Origin: Candidatus Gottesmanbacteria bacterium
GTDB lineage: Bacteria; Patescibacteriota; Microgenomatia; UBA10105; UBA927
Direction of reading: 5' to 3'
Assembly (NCBI GenBank): GCA_963701185.1
Contig: OY969569.1
Span: 181,735-245,734 of the forward strand
DNA: 64,000 nt
In this document: positions 17,639-26,979 of the stretch, piece by piece
Layout of the letters: every line of letters starts with the position of its first letter
Numbering within the stretch: position 1 is the first letter of the stretch
Made by a program: the position numbers and the translations under genes
The notes under the pieces: generated by a model
Seen by the model: only the letters and a program-made list of their open reading frames with translations
Told to the model about the DNA's origin: nothing
Databases searched by the model: none

Positions 17639-20524
17639 ATGCTGCTTGAAATTTTGATTATTTTTCTCCTTTCTCTTCCCCCGGTTAAATGGCTTTGGGG
17701 AGGATATATTGTATTCGGGCACGACGCGTCATTTTATCTGAACCACTGGGAAAACTTTATTTCCCTCTTTTATGCATGGAACCCGATTCAGAATCTTGGA
17801 ATGAACTGGCCGTTTATGCGCGGGTATATTCCTATGGTAGCACTGGAAGAATTACTCCTTCGTCTAACCGGCTCATTTTCCGTTATGCAGATGGGTATTG
17901 GCATAGGTTGGTTTTTCGGAATGATGATGTCCATGTATATTTTGGTACGGTCCGTATTTCCGGAAAAAAAATATTGGATCATGCGTTTATTGTCGAGCAT
18001 TTTATACGGATATAATTTTTTCATTTTGCAGGGATGGGTTATTTTTGAGCGGCCGAAATTTTCAGCTTATATACTTCTTCCATTGACCATAACCGTTGTA
18101 CATAACCTATATGCAAAGAAAATATCGTTTTGCCGCGGATTCGTTCTTTTTTGGATTATATCTTTTTTCTTTAATGCAGGGGGGCTGCCGCCGCTTCTTG
18201 GGACGACCCTGCTGGCAATAGCGTTTTCCATTTTATGGTATTGGATTCTGCAAATAAAAAGAGAGGGACGGCAGGGGGTGTGGTGGGGAATAAAAACAGG
18301 ATTTTTGTTTTTGTCCGCGTATATGCTTGCTAATGCATATTGGGTTGTTCCTTTCGTCTTTTTCACTTTCGGAAATTATGCTTCTTATGTCGGATCCGTC
18401 GGGAGCGTTGATGGAACGATCGCATGGGAAAAGATGGTGAGCGCAAATGCGAGTTTCGCAAATTTATTCCGTCTTCAGGGGAATCCTGAATGGGTGAATA
18501 CCATCAGCCATCCATACGCGGCCATGTATATGCAAAATCCGTTATTAATTTCCTTGAGTATAGGCGTGTTCGCAGTCATCTTTATAGGTTGGGTGGTAGG
18601 AAAAAATCGGAGTGAATCAAATAAATCAATCGACGGCATGCGTATGTTCATGGCGTTGCTGTCCATAGCAGGGTTATTTATGATGGCTGGCACGCACCCG
18701 CCTTTTGGAAAATTTTATGAACTGGCGATGCGGTATATACCGGGATTTGCAATATTCCGCTCGAGTTTCTATAAATTTGCCCCGATTACATTTCTGTCCG
18801 TCAGTTGGCTATTCGGTTATTCAATCCAACGCATTCTGGATAGATTTCACTGGAAAAAAGAAACGGAAAAAGTTATCGGTGGTTTGTTGATCCTGGGGTT
18901 AGTTTGCTACTTTTTTCCGTACTGGACTAAAAATATTTTTCAATTTCAATCACATTATACGACGCGGGTAAAAGTACCGGATTATGTGTCAGAAATGAAA
19001 AACTATATCGAAACGAACACACACGTTCAATCGCGGATTCTTGTTATGCCGAAGCTCGATGACGGTTTTATCGGCGCTCCGTTGGACACGTCCACATGGG
19101 GATTTTATTGTTTGGCCCCGTTCGCGTCGTTATCGACAAATAGAACCTTCATATATAACGGACTGGGAGGAAGTGATGTTATTTCATCATTGTACGGCCA
19201 ATTTGAAAAAGGTAATGATGAGGCGTTTTTAAAGATCATCAGGATTTTGGGAATTACGCACATTTTATACCGCTCTGACGTACGGTTGTCTGAATCATTT
19301 GAAAAATCAACGCCCCTGAGTTTTTGGGAGACGGCGATACGTCAGAAAACCTATTTGAAGAAAAGGTATGCCGCTGGCGCTTGGTCGTTATATGAGATAG
19401 ACGATTCTTCTATTAGCTCCATGGTTTTTACTGCCGACAAGTTAGCAACCGGTAATCTGAAAAAAGGGCATATGTTTGATTTTGTAGGAAATACTGCCGG
19501 GTACGCACTGGCTATCGGCCAACAAATGCTCCCTGAAGCCGTTGCTCAGGAACAAATTTTTGAAGCGGAGTGCATGTACTGCAGAGAAAATGAATTAGCA
19601 TCATTTATTGACGGGATAGACATATCAGCGTACGGGAAAACAAGCATCATTACAAAATATTTTCAGGGTCGTAAAGAAGAAACGAAATTTAATGCATTAA
19701 GTGATCTTGATCCGAGGAAAATTGACATGTATATCGTATTTGCAAACAGAGCTCTTGCTCACAATCGTCTCGGGGAGTGGTCTTCGGATATGCTTGCAGC
19801 GGAAAAAATTATTTCGACTCTTCAGGGGAAAAATAAATACGAATATGCAATACGATTCTATGCATTTGTCGAAGCTCAAAAAAAGTATTTGAACGGCGGA
19901 CAAGAAATAAACATTGATAAAATAATGCCGTATGTGTGGGTGACGGACAGAACTCATAATTCAGTAAAATATATTCTTGACCTGCCTCATGATGTCAAAG
20001 GAGCTTTTACAGTTATGACAAACAGTCGGGATATTTTTGATTGGAAGATGGACGGGCAACCTGTAAGACAGAACGAACAGGTCGTTTTATCAAAAGGAGC
20101 CCATATTATTGAAGGAAAATTTATATCCGCCTCTTTACCGGATATTCCACGTGTGTATATCCAGGTAAAAAATACAGCGACACAAATGCTCCGCGCGCCT
20201 TCATTACGGTGGAATCAGGAAAGCCCCGTGCAGTTTACCGTGCATATTGAAAATGCGACAGGGCTATATATATTGGGATTAAACCAGTCTTTTGACACTG
20301 GTTGGAAAGTGTCGCGTACAGATAAACCATTATTACATCAGCCTGACCATTTTGAACTGAACGGTATGGTTAATGGATGGATTATTCGGGATACAGGAAC
20401 ATACGATGTTTCCATATATTACGAGCCGCAAAAATTCGTGAATTGGGGAATAACCATTTTTCTAATAAGTTTGGTGGGTATGATATTCGTACTAAGAAGA
20501 ACCACGAAAATTCATAATAAATAA
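17639..20524 (+). CDS. giant polytopic membrane protein, paralogue B (GT-C-like?) with a large C-terminal extracytoplasmic domain
   Basis: In this 961-aa protein the N-terminal 430 aa are multi-TM (motif FAIFRSSFYKFAPITF shared with paralogues A and C). A roughly 500-aa soluble domain and a terminal TM anchor (ITIFLISLVGMIFVL) follow. Confidence 0.5.
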   Translation: MLLEILIIFLLSLPPVKWLWGGYIVFGHDASFYLNHWENFISLFYAWNPIQNLGMNWPFMRGYIPMVALEELLLRLTGSFSVMQMGIGIGWFFGMMMSMYILVRSVFPEKKYWIMRLLSSILYGYNFFILQGWVIFERPKFSAYILLPLTITVVHNLYAKKISFCRGFVLFWIISFFFNAGGLPPLLGTTLLAIAFSILWYWILQIKREGRQGVWWGIKTGFLFLSAYMLANAYWVVPFVFFTFGNYASYVGSVGSVDGTIAWEKMVSANASFANLFRLQGNPEWVNTISHPYAAMYMQNPLLISLSIGVFAVIFIGWVVGKNRSESNKSIDGMRMFMALLSIAGLFMMAGTHPPFGKFYELAMRYIPGFAIFRSSFYKFAPITFLSVSWLFGYSIQRILDRFHWKKETEKVIGGLLILGLVCYFFPYWTKNIFQFQSHYTTRVKVPDYVSEMKNYIETNTHVQSRILVMPKLDDGFIGAPLDTSTWGFYCLAPFASLSTNRTFIYNGLGGSDVISSLYGQFEKGNDEAFLKIIRILGITHILYRSDVRLSESFEKSTPLSFWETAIRQKTYLKKRYAAGAWSLYEIDDSSISSMVFTADKLATGNLKKGHMFDFVGNTAGYALAIGQQMLPEAVAQEQIFEAECMYCRENELASFIDGIDISAYGKTSIITKYFQGRKEETKFNALSDLDPRKIDMYIVFANRALAHNRLGEWSSDMLAAEKIISTLQGKNKYEYAIRFYAFVEAQKKYLNGGQEINIDKIMPYVWVTDRTHNSVKYILDLPHDVKGAFTVMTNSRDIFDWKMDGQPVRQNEQVVLSKGAHIIEGKFISASLPDIPRVYIQVKNTATQMLRAPSLRWNQESPVQFTVHIENATGLYILGLNQSFDTGWKVSRTDKPLLHQPDHFELNGMVNGWIIRDTGTYDVSIYYEPQKFVNWGITIFLISLVGMIFVLRRTTKIHNK

Positions 20525-20525
20525 T

Positions 20526-20699
20526 ATGATAGTCAAGATTATTTCATTAGCATCATTGTTTTCGCTTGCGGGTATTGCGTGTAGTTTGATATTCAAAAAA
20601 ACGTCCTATGCTGATTTTTTCGGAATTCTCACGTTTTGTTTCTATGCTTTGCTTGTTGTCGTGACCGTCGTACAGTGGTTCTTCAGGAAGGAAACATAA
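20526..20699 (+). CDS. possible small hydrophobic protein (57 aa)
   Basis: ATG 20526...TAA 20697-99 encodes MIVKIISLASLFSLAGIACSLIFKKTSYADFFGILTFCFYALLVVVTVVQWFFRKET, two predicted TM helices filling the only gap between two large genes. It is below the track length cutoff and unsupported by any homology. Confidence 0.25.
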   Translation: MIVKIISLASLFSLAGIACSLIFKKTSYADFFGILTFCFYALLVVVTVVQWFFRKET

Positions 20700-20700
20700 T

Positions 20701-22347
20701 ATGTATTTTTCCGCCGGTGACGCGCCGTTTTATTTTCCCGAAATGATCCGGCGGCTCGGTTGGCTGCCGGTTCTCTGGCGTGCAGATGAGGGGTTCGGTG
20801 CAAACCACGGGTTCCGGCTTTGGTACGATTACACATTGCAGCTGGTTATAAAAATCCTGTCTTCCGTGGGTTTCACCTGGTGGTGGATAGACAAATTCCT
20901 GTGGGTGGGAGCGGTTGGCGTCGCTTTGTATGGGGCTTACACGTTAGGAAAACATTTTCTCAAAAAGCCGTATGCGTATCTAGTTCCGTTCGTCTATGTC
21001 GCCAATACGTATTTTCTTTTGCTGTTTTCCGGCGGTCAGCTGGGGGTTGCGTGGGGGTATGCACTGACCCCGATTGTTCTTGCAAGCTTCATGGAGCATG
21101 CAGGGATCGCGAAGCGGGGATTGCTGTTTGCCCTGCTGTGTCTGGCGGATTTGCGGTTGGCATATCTTGCGGCGGGAGCAATTATTTTTTGGTCACTATG
21201 TTTTGCGAAGAAAAAGTTTTCGTTTATCGTACCGTTTTTGATTGCCGCCGGAATCAATGCATTCTGGATTCTGCCGGCTGTATTGACCGGGGGAGCCGGC
21301 GTAGGCGGATTGGATAATGAACTGACCAATCCCGGCATGCTGCGGTTCTTGAGTTTTGCTGACTTCCCGCATGCGCTGTCATTTCTTCATCCGAATTGGC
21401 CGGAAAATCTGTTCGGCAAAATATATTTTTTGCAGCCGGAATTTCTTGTGGTGCCGGTCATCGCTTTTTCATCGCTCCTTTTTAAAGACAAAAAAATCCG
21501 TTTCTTCGCTTTCCTTGCTCTCACCGGTTCGTTTTTGGCCAAAGGCGTACAGGAACCGTTCGGCTTTATCTATCAATGGGCGTTTACCCATATCCCGGGT
21601 TTTGTCATGTTCCGGGACCCGACGAAATTTTATGTCTCTATTGCACTCGGATACTCGGTGCTTATCCCGTTTGCGCTGGAACGTATTCAGGAAATGATAA
21701 ATGATAAACGATTAAAGATTAACGATAAGACAAATGTAATCGGTTCATTTATCATTCATCATTTATCATTAATCGTTTTTGTTATGTTTTGGCTCTTCAC
21801 GATCCGTGCGGTATTTTTGGGGCAGGTGAAAGGGAATTTCCGGCCTATGCAGATTCCTTCGGAGTATGTGCAGCTGAAAAACCTGCTGACGGCAGATCCT
21901 GCCCCCTCCCGGACGTTGTGGATTCCGCAGCGGGAAAAATTTGCATATGCTTCGGATACCCACCCGTTGTTGTATGCCGACCAATTGTTTCCGGGGGCAT
22001 CGGTATCGGCTCTCATTGCGGTTACCCAAACACCCGATTTTATGCAGACTCTCACCAAGGCGGGCGCCAAATATGTCATCGTTCCGGAGGATTTGGAACA
22101 ACGGTTATTTTTGAATGATTACCGTTTCGACGGCGGACAGCGGCGTGCCCTTATTGAAGCGCTTGTGAAGACGCCGCTTGTGCAGGATTCCGCATTTGGT
22201 CCGGTTGCCGTGTTTGAAAATACGCAATTTACGTTTACATCGGACTCACCCGCTTCCGTTGCCCGCCAGCAGCAATTGACGAACATCGGGCTTGTGGTAA
22301 GCGGGATGTTTCTCGTCGCAGCCTTATGCAAAGTATGTATGTGGTAA
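20701..22347 (+). CDS. polytopic membrane protein, paralogue C (GC-rich copy)
   Basis: The 548-aa protein is multi-TM throughout its N-terminal 330 aa, with the family motif FVMFRDPTKFYVSIALGY. Its GC (about 55%) differs sharply from paralogues A and B (about 40%). Confidence 0.5.
   Translation: MYFSAGDAPFYFPEMIRRLGWLPVLWRADEGFGANHGFRLWYDYTLQLVIKILSSVGFTWWWIDKFLWVGAVGVALYGAYTLGKHFLKKPYAYLVPFVYVANTYFLLLFSGGQLGVAWGYALTPIVLASFMEHAGIAKRGLLFALLCLADLRLAYLAAGAIIFWSLCFAKKKFSFIVPFLIAAGINAFWILPAVLTGGAGVGGLDNELTNPGMLRFLSFADFPHALSFLHPNWPENLFGKIYFLQPEFLVVPVIAFSSLLFKDKKIRFFAFLALTGSFLAKGVQEPFGFIYQWAFTHIPGFVMFRDPTKFYVSIALGYSVLIPFALERIQEMINDKRLKINDKTNVIGSFIIHHLSLIVFVMFWLFTIRAVFLGQVKGNFRPMQIPSEYVQLKNLLTADPAPSRTLWIPQREKFAYASDTHPLLYADQLFPGASVSALIAVTQTPDFMQTLTKAGAKYVIVPEDLEQRLFLNDYRFDGGQRRALIEALVKTPLVQDSAFGPVAVFENTQFTFTSDSPASVARQQQLTNIGLVVSGMFLVAALCKVCMW
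21691..21780. repeat. 90-nt AT-rich (about 25% GC) in-frame segment with paired inverted repeats inside GC-rich gene 20701..22347
   Basis: tgataaatgat (21695-705) pairs with atcatttatca (21757-67), and aaacgattaa (21706-15) pairs with ttaatcgttt (21768-77). Flanking coding sequence is about 55% GC. The ORF stays open (encodes ...EMINDKRLKINDKTNVIGSFIIHHLSLIVF...). Confidence 0.5.
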
Positions 22348-25300
22348 TTGTAGTAATGTATCTTGTCGGCCTCTATTTTTTTGGCCGGAAGATACTGCGC
22401 CGGTGGATGCCGGGATTTCCGGCGTTATTGAATATCGTCGGAGCATTTCTGGTCGGCACCGGGATCGGCGTTCCGGTCACCTACCTATTTTCCTGTTTGT
22501 TTGCACACACCCGCGACCCGATTCTCTGGGGAACCATAACAAGTACCGTATGTATTGTACTGCTGTTGTTTTTTTTGAAAAAGAACGTTTCCGGTAAGCA
22601 GAAAGTATCTTTGAGCGAGATAGCGGTTGCCATGCTGTCACTCGCGTTCAGTTTTTGGATGATGACAAAAACGTTCCGGGGGGCGGGGGACCTCCTGTTT
22701 GTCGGCAGCAATACGATTTTTGATTCTTCCTATCTGGTCGGGCTCGTGCGGTCCATGTCCTGGGGATCAAATATCCCGTTAGCATCACCGTATTTTGCCG
22801 GTGCGCCGCTGTTTTACCATTTTTTCTTTGTGTTCTGGACGGCACTCCTTGAGCATTTCGGCATACCCATCGTGTGGGCGGTGAATATTCCGGGTATTCT
22901 TTCGTTTACCGCGCTCCTTATCGTGGTGTATTATCTGCCGCAGATAATCGGAAAACAGAAGCCGCTGGTCGGTTGGATTGCGGTGTTATTGACCGTTACC
23001 AACAGCTCGCTGGCGTTTTGGGGTGTTATGGGGCAACCGGATCTGTGGCATATCCGGACCTATCCCTTTGCAGGGCCCTTTGACGGTTCGGTTATATCCA
23101 TTTTTGTGACACTGAATAATTACGTGAACCAGCGGCATCTGGCATTTGCCGTAGCGGCAGGATTATTTCTCTTTATGGTTGCGGCGAAATTTTTTGAGAA
23201 CAACACTATGACCGCTAAAAAATCCGCCGTGCTGGGGGCAGGGGTAGGACTTTTGTTTTTATGGAACATGGCGGTATGCGTGGCTGCCGGAGTACTGATC
23301 GGACTCCTGTTTGTAGTACACCGGAAATGGAAACTACTTACGGCATTCATTATCGGGGGCGCGGCACTTTCCCTGATATCCATTGCACCCATGGTGCCGT
23401 TTTTGTACCGTGCGGCCCTGTGGATTAATTCCAGCTTTATTGCTAATCCATATGATATACGCGCTTTGCATCCCGCATGGAATCTCGGTACGTACCTGTG
23501 GCAGAATCTCGGTATCCTGCCGGTTGTTGCAGGAATGGGATATCTGGTCATCCCCAAAAAGTTCCGGGTATCGTTCATCCCGTTCATCATTTTGTTCTCC
23601 GGCTTGTGTGTATTGGCAGGGGTAGGGAAACGGGGGTTTGATCAAAAGTTGTTCTCCTTTCTTATTCCCGGCATCAACGTCCTGGCAGCCGCCGGCGTAT
23701 ATTGGGTGTGGACACGGAAACATATTGCCGCCAAGATAGCTGCGGTGCTGGTTGTCGGTGTCCTTACCGCATCGGGGTTTATTGATCTTTTGCCGATAAA
23801 GAACGAGTTTGCTTATCCGCTGATAGATAAGGAAACAGCACCCGTTATCGCATGGATCCGCGCGTCTACCCCGAAAGATGCGGTGTTTGTATCCTATGCG
23901 GACATGATAGATCCGGTCGTTCTGGCAGGGAGGACAAATTATTTCGGTTTTTACGGCAATGTGGGATGGTCTGACCGGTCGTCTGTCGTACGCCGGGTGT
24001 ACAGCGGCGATTCCGGAGCCGCGGGGGCAAACAATATTTCGTATATCCTCGTCCCGAAATGGCAAAAAAACGATTTTCCGTATGCGGTCGATACGGAATT
24101 ACTTACCAAAGAATATACCGTGGTATATGAGGACGCAAAGTTTTTAATACTTCAGACAGGTAGTCAGCGTCCCGCAATGGTTATTATTAATCCCGTCAGA
24201 GGAAACGGGCTCGGACATGAATCGGATGATCTTGTTGCCAGTCTCAAAGCGCAATGGCAGGTGACGGAGGAGGTCGGCGTTCATGCAACATGGTTATTCC
24301 AATACGGTGCACTGGAGAATGCCGGCATGACCGGATTTGCCAAAGGAGAGATGAAGGACGAGGAATTCGGATTGCTGTTTGAAATTGACAGGAATTATGC
24401 CGAAAAATCCCGCGTCCAGTTCCGCGGCCAGGGTCCATGGTATTCTTCCGACGGATTATTCCTGAGCTCCTATGACACGGGCGAACGGAAACAGCTCATA
24501 GATACGGCATTTTCAAAATTTAAGGCAGTCTTCGGGTATTACCCCAAGACAGTCGGCGCGTGGTGGATCGGCGGAGATTCTCTGACGTATATGCAGGAGA
24601 AATACGGGATTACGGCGGCCATGCGGGCGGCAGACCAGTTCAATCTGGATTTTTATTCCATTTGGGGGACGCCGTGGAATATCCCGTATCTTCCTTCAAA
24701 GAGTAATGAGGGAATGCCAGCGGCATCGTTTGATAAAAGTTCAAAAGTAGTCGTTCTGCAATGGGCAATACGGGATCCGCTGCGCGGCTACGCAGATCCT
24801 CTCTATAGCCTGCAGGATTACCCGGCCAGAGGGTATACGCCCGAATATGTTGACTATCTCGCCTCGATATATTTACAGAAACCGTTCGGTACGTTCGTTA
24901 TCGGGCTTGAAAACGGGGGAACGGTCGCGACATTTCAGCAATTCTATAAAACAATGCTCGGTAAAGCTAAAGAGATTCAGGCGTCAGGGAGGGGAGAGAT
25001 TGTCCTTGCCCGGGAGTATGCCCGGCGGTATCTATCCCAGAAAAAAGTATTTGCGGGGAGAACCGGTTTTCTTTCCACGGACTACGGATCTCGCGATCAG
25101 TCGTTCTGGTATGTGTCAGAAAACTATCGTGCAGCAATACTGAAAACGAGCGGTACAGTGTCGTTGGTTGATTTGCGAAATTATTCAGACAAAACAGAAG
25201 AGGATTTTGACGTTTTACCGAACAGTCAGAGCAACCTGCGGATAAATGAACCGGGAATTATTGATTCTATGCGGTTTCCGAACGGGAGCATGTTCATCAA

Positions 25301-26285
25301 AACAACGGAGGAGCAGCTGACGATAAAGGAAAAGGATAAGACGGTTGAACTCTATGCGGGGAACGCGAAACTTGCATCGTTTACTCCGGCAGGCCTCACG
25401 ATCGGCGAAAAAACTTTTTCTTTTATCCGGCCAAAACCGCGGATTTCCCCTTTGCTCATCATACTCGCTCTCTATATTTTGTATTTTGGAGCAGGGTTTT
25501 TTTACAAAAGAAAATTGTTGTTGCTCATTCCGCTTTTTTTTGCATTTCCTTTTTTAGTAAACAATGCAACGTTTCTTTTTGACAAAAAGGAGACGCTGGT
25601 TTTAGCCGGCATGTCCCTGTTTCAGTTTCCGGTGTTGGTGACCGTCTATGTCACGAAAATTCTTCCGTTTTTTCTCCTCATCATCCTCCCGAAGAAGCGC
25701 GTCGTCTATTGGGTCTATTATGCTATGGTCGTACTTCTCTACCTTCATGTACCGTATTTTCCGCTGGATAAAACAACGTACTTGGTTGTGGCAGCGTCAT
25801 TCGCCGGTGCTGCCGTGGTGCTGACGGTTGGGGCTGTATGTATTTTCAGAAAATATACATTCAAAAATGTTTTGCTGTTCTGCAGTATTGTGTTCGCCAT
25901 ACTGGTGGCTCTTGCGTCCGCTGTTGTTTTTTCAAGAAGCAGGTATGTCCTCACCGCGTATGAAATACAGGCACTGCAGACAATCAAAGATCAAAAAAAG
26001 AGCGTGCTGTATGTTGAAGAAATAGATTATGCAGTTCGTCCGATATATAAGGCGGTGCGGCCGCTTCTCTATGCAAATTCTCAATTGGCACACCTGTTGA
26101 CCGGTAAGAAATGGGAAACAGTCATGAGGCCGGAAAACAATGTTCTGAACGTATCAGGGTATGATGAACAACTTATCGTTGTTCCCCGGTACCTGGGATC
26201 CGACCTTTCCGAATATGAAATGGGTGCGTTACGCCTGAAAAAGATATTCGACAATGCACACATAGCAGTATTTGAAAAAATATAA
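22326..26285 (+). CDS. 1319-aa multidomain envelope protein: N-terminal GT-C (ArnT/PMT-like) membrane domain, central soluble domain, C-terminal multi-TM domain
   Basis: The N-terminal roughly 520 aa are multi-TM with ArnT/PMT-like features (AVFVSYADMIDPVVLAGRTNYFGFYGN near the domain end). Residues about 620-1010 are soluble (VGAWWIGGDSLTYMQEKYGITAAMRAADQFNLDFYSIWGTPWN...), possibly a carbohydrate-active or deacetylase-like domain. Residues about 1010-1200 are a second TM block. Confidence 0.5.
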   Translation: MQSMYVVIVVMYLVGLYFFGRKILRRWMPGFPALLNIVGAFLVGTGIGVPVTYLFSCLFAHTRDPILWGTITSTVCIVLLLFFLKKNVSGKQKVSLSEIAVAMLSLAFSFWMMTKTFRGAGDLLFVGSNTIFDSSYLVGLVRSMSWGSNIPLASPYFAGAPLFYHFFFVFWTALLEHFGIPIVWAVNIPGILSFTALLIVVYYLPQIIGKQKPLVGWIAVLLTVTNSSLAFWGVMGQPDLWHIRTYPFAGPFDGSVISIFVTLNNYVNQRHLAFAVAAGLFLFMVAAKFFENNTMTAKKSAVLGAGVGLLFLWNMAVCVAAGVLIGLLFVVHRKWKLLTAFIIGGAALSLISIAPMVPFLYRAALWINSSFIANPYDIRALHPAWNLGTYLWQNLGILPVVAGMGYLVIPKKFRVSFIPFIILFSGLCVLAGVGKRGFDQKLFSFLIPGINVLAAAGVYWVWTRKHIAAKIAAVLVVGVLTASGFIDLLPIKNEFAYPLIDKETAPVIAWIRASTPKDAVFVSYADMIDPVVLAGRTNYFGFYGNVGWSDRSSVVRRVYSGDSGAAGANNISYILVPKWQKNDFPYAVDTELLTKEYTVVYEDAKFLILQTGSQRPAMVIINPVRGNGLGHESDDLVASLKAQWQVTEEVGVHATWLFQYGALENAGMTGFAKGEMKDEEFGLLFEIDRNYAEKSRVQFRGQGPWYSSDGLFLSSYDTGERKQLIDTAFSKFKAVFGYYPKTVGAWWIGGDSLTYMQEKYGITAAMRAADQFNLDFYSIWGTPWNIPYLPSKSNEGMPAASFDKSSKVVVLQWAIRDPLRGYADPLYSLQDYPARGYTPEYVDYLASIYLQKPFGTFVIGLENGGTVATFQQFYKTMLGKAKEIQASGRGEIVLAREYARRYLSQKKVFAGRTGFLSTDYGSRDQSFWYVSENYRAAILKTSGTVSLVDLRNYSDKTEEDFDVLPNSQSNLRINEPGIIDSMRFPNGSMFIKTTEEQLTIKEKDKTVELYAGNAKLASFTPAGLTIGEKTFSFIRPKPRISPLLIILALYILYFGAGFFYKRKLLLLIPLFFAFPFLVNNATFLFDKKETLVLAGMSLFQFPVLVTVYVTKILPFFLLIILPKKRVVYWVYYAMVVLLYLHVPYFPLDKTTYLVVAASFAGAAVVLTVGAVCIFRKYTFKNVLLFCSIVFAILVALASAVVFSRSRYVLTAYEIQALQTIKDQKKSVLYVEEIDYAVRPIYKAVRPLLYANSQLAHLLTGKKWETVMRPENNVLNVSGYDEQLIVVPRYLGSDLSEYEMGALRLKKIFDNAHIAVFEKI

Positions 26286-26294
26286 CGGGAGGAT

Positions 26295-26975
26295 ATGGAT
26301 AATTCTGATATCGCGGTCGTTATTCCTGCATATAACGAAGAAAAGAATTTGCGGATTTTATTAAAAGATATTTACCGGTATCTTCCGGATGCTCTTGTGG
26401 TGATCGTTGATGATTCGCCCGCAAAAATGATTCTTCCGGGCACCATTGTTATTTCCCGGGGACAGAAATTGGGCAGGGGAAGCGCGGTCATCCGGGGATT
26501 GGCGGAAGCACTCACACATAAAGAGATCCGGTATTGTTTTGAAATGGATGCGGATTTGGCCCATTCTCCGTCGGAGTTTAACCGGTTTCTGAAGGAGCGA
26601 AGTACTGCGGACCTCATTGTTGGATCGCGCTACCTGAAGCAGAGTCATATCGTACAATGGCCGAGGCACCGGCTTGTGCAGAGCAGGCTTATTAACGCCT
26701 TCTTACGCATATGGCTGGGACTGCATTTGACGGATTATACAAACGGTTTTCGTCTGTATTCACGGAAAGCCGCTGAATTTTTGTTGACCGCACCTCTTCG
26801 GGAAACCGGTTTTATCGCGCTCTCCGAAATTGCATATAAACTACAACAGAACGGTTTTCGTATCATGGAGGTCCCGATTACGTTCAGGGATCGAAAGTAC
26901 GGCTTTTCCAACGCAAACGTGCAGGAACTTTTCCGGTCGCTTGCGGGCGCCATCCGTATCCGCGTGCTACAATAG
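26295..26975 (+). CDS. soluble GT2 polyprenyl-phosphate glycosyltransferase (Dpm1/Ppm1-like)
   Basis: IAVVIPAYNEEKNLRILLKDI...LVVIVDDSPAK...RGQKLGRGSAVIRGL...EMDADLAHSPSEF..IVGSRY.. is the dolichyl/polyprenyl-phosphate mannose synthase catalytic core. It has no TM segment. Confidence 0.75.
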   Translation: MDNSDIAVVIPAYNEEKNLRILLKDIYRYLPDALVVIVDDSPAKMILPGTIVISRGQKLGRGSAVIRGLAEALTHKEIRYCFEMDADLAHSPSEFNRFLKERSTADLIVGSRYLKQSHIVQWPRHRLVQSRLINAFLRIWLGLHLTDYTNGFRLYSRKAAEFLLTAPLRETGFIALSEIAYKLQQNGFRIMEVPITFRDRKYGFSNANVQELFRSLAGAIRIRVLQ

Positions 26976-26979
26976 ATGT

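Noticed and set aside
20820-24500. Numerous 60-240-aa ORFs on both strands inside the GC-rich genes 20701..26285 (for example 20820..21317, 23334..24065 minus, 23120..23590 minus)
   Set aside because: They are typical high-GC shadow ORFs. They are entirely nested in long membrane-protein genes with a coherent hydrophobicity pattern, and have Arg/Pro/Gly-rich low-complexity translations and no motifs.
26830-26979. 150-nt N-terminal extension of the UDP-xylose synthase ORF in the track
   Set aside because: The extension overlaps the preceding Dpm1-like gene and encodes low-complexity Arg/Ser sequence. The conserved UXS N-terminus (MADQKTSVVAGGAGFIG) starts at ATG 26980, right after the upstream stop.
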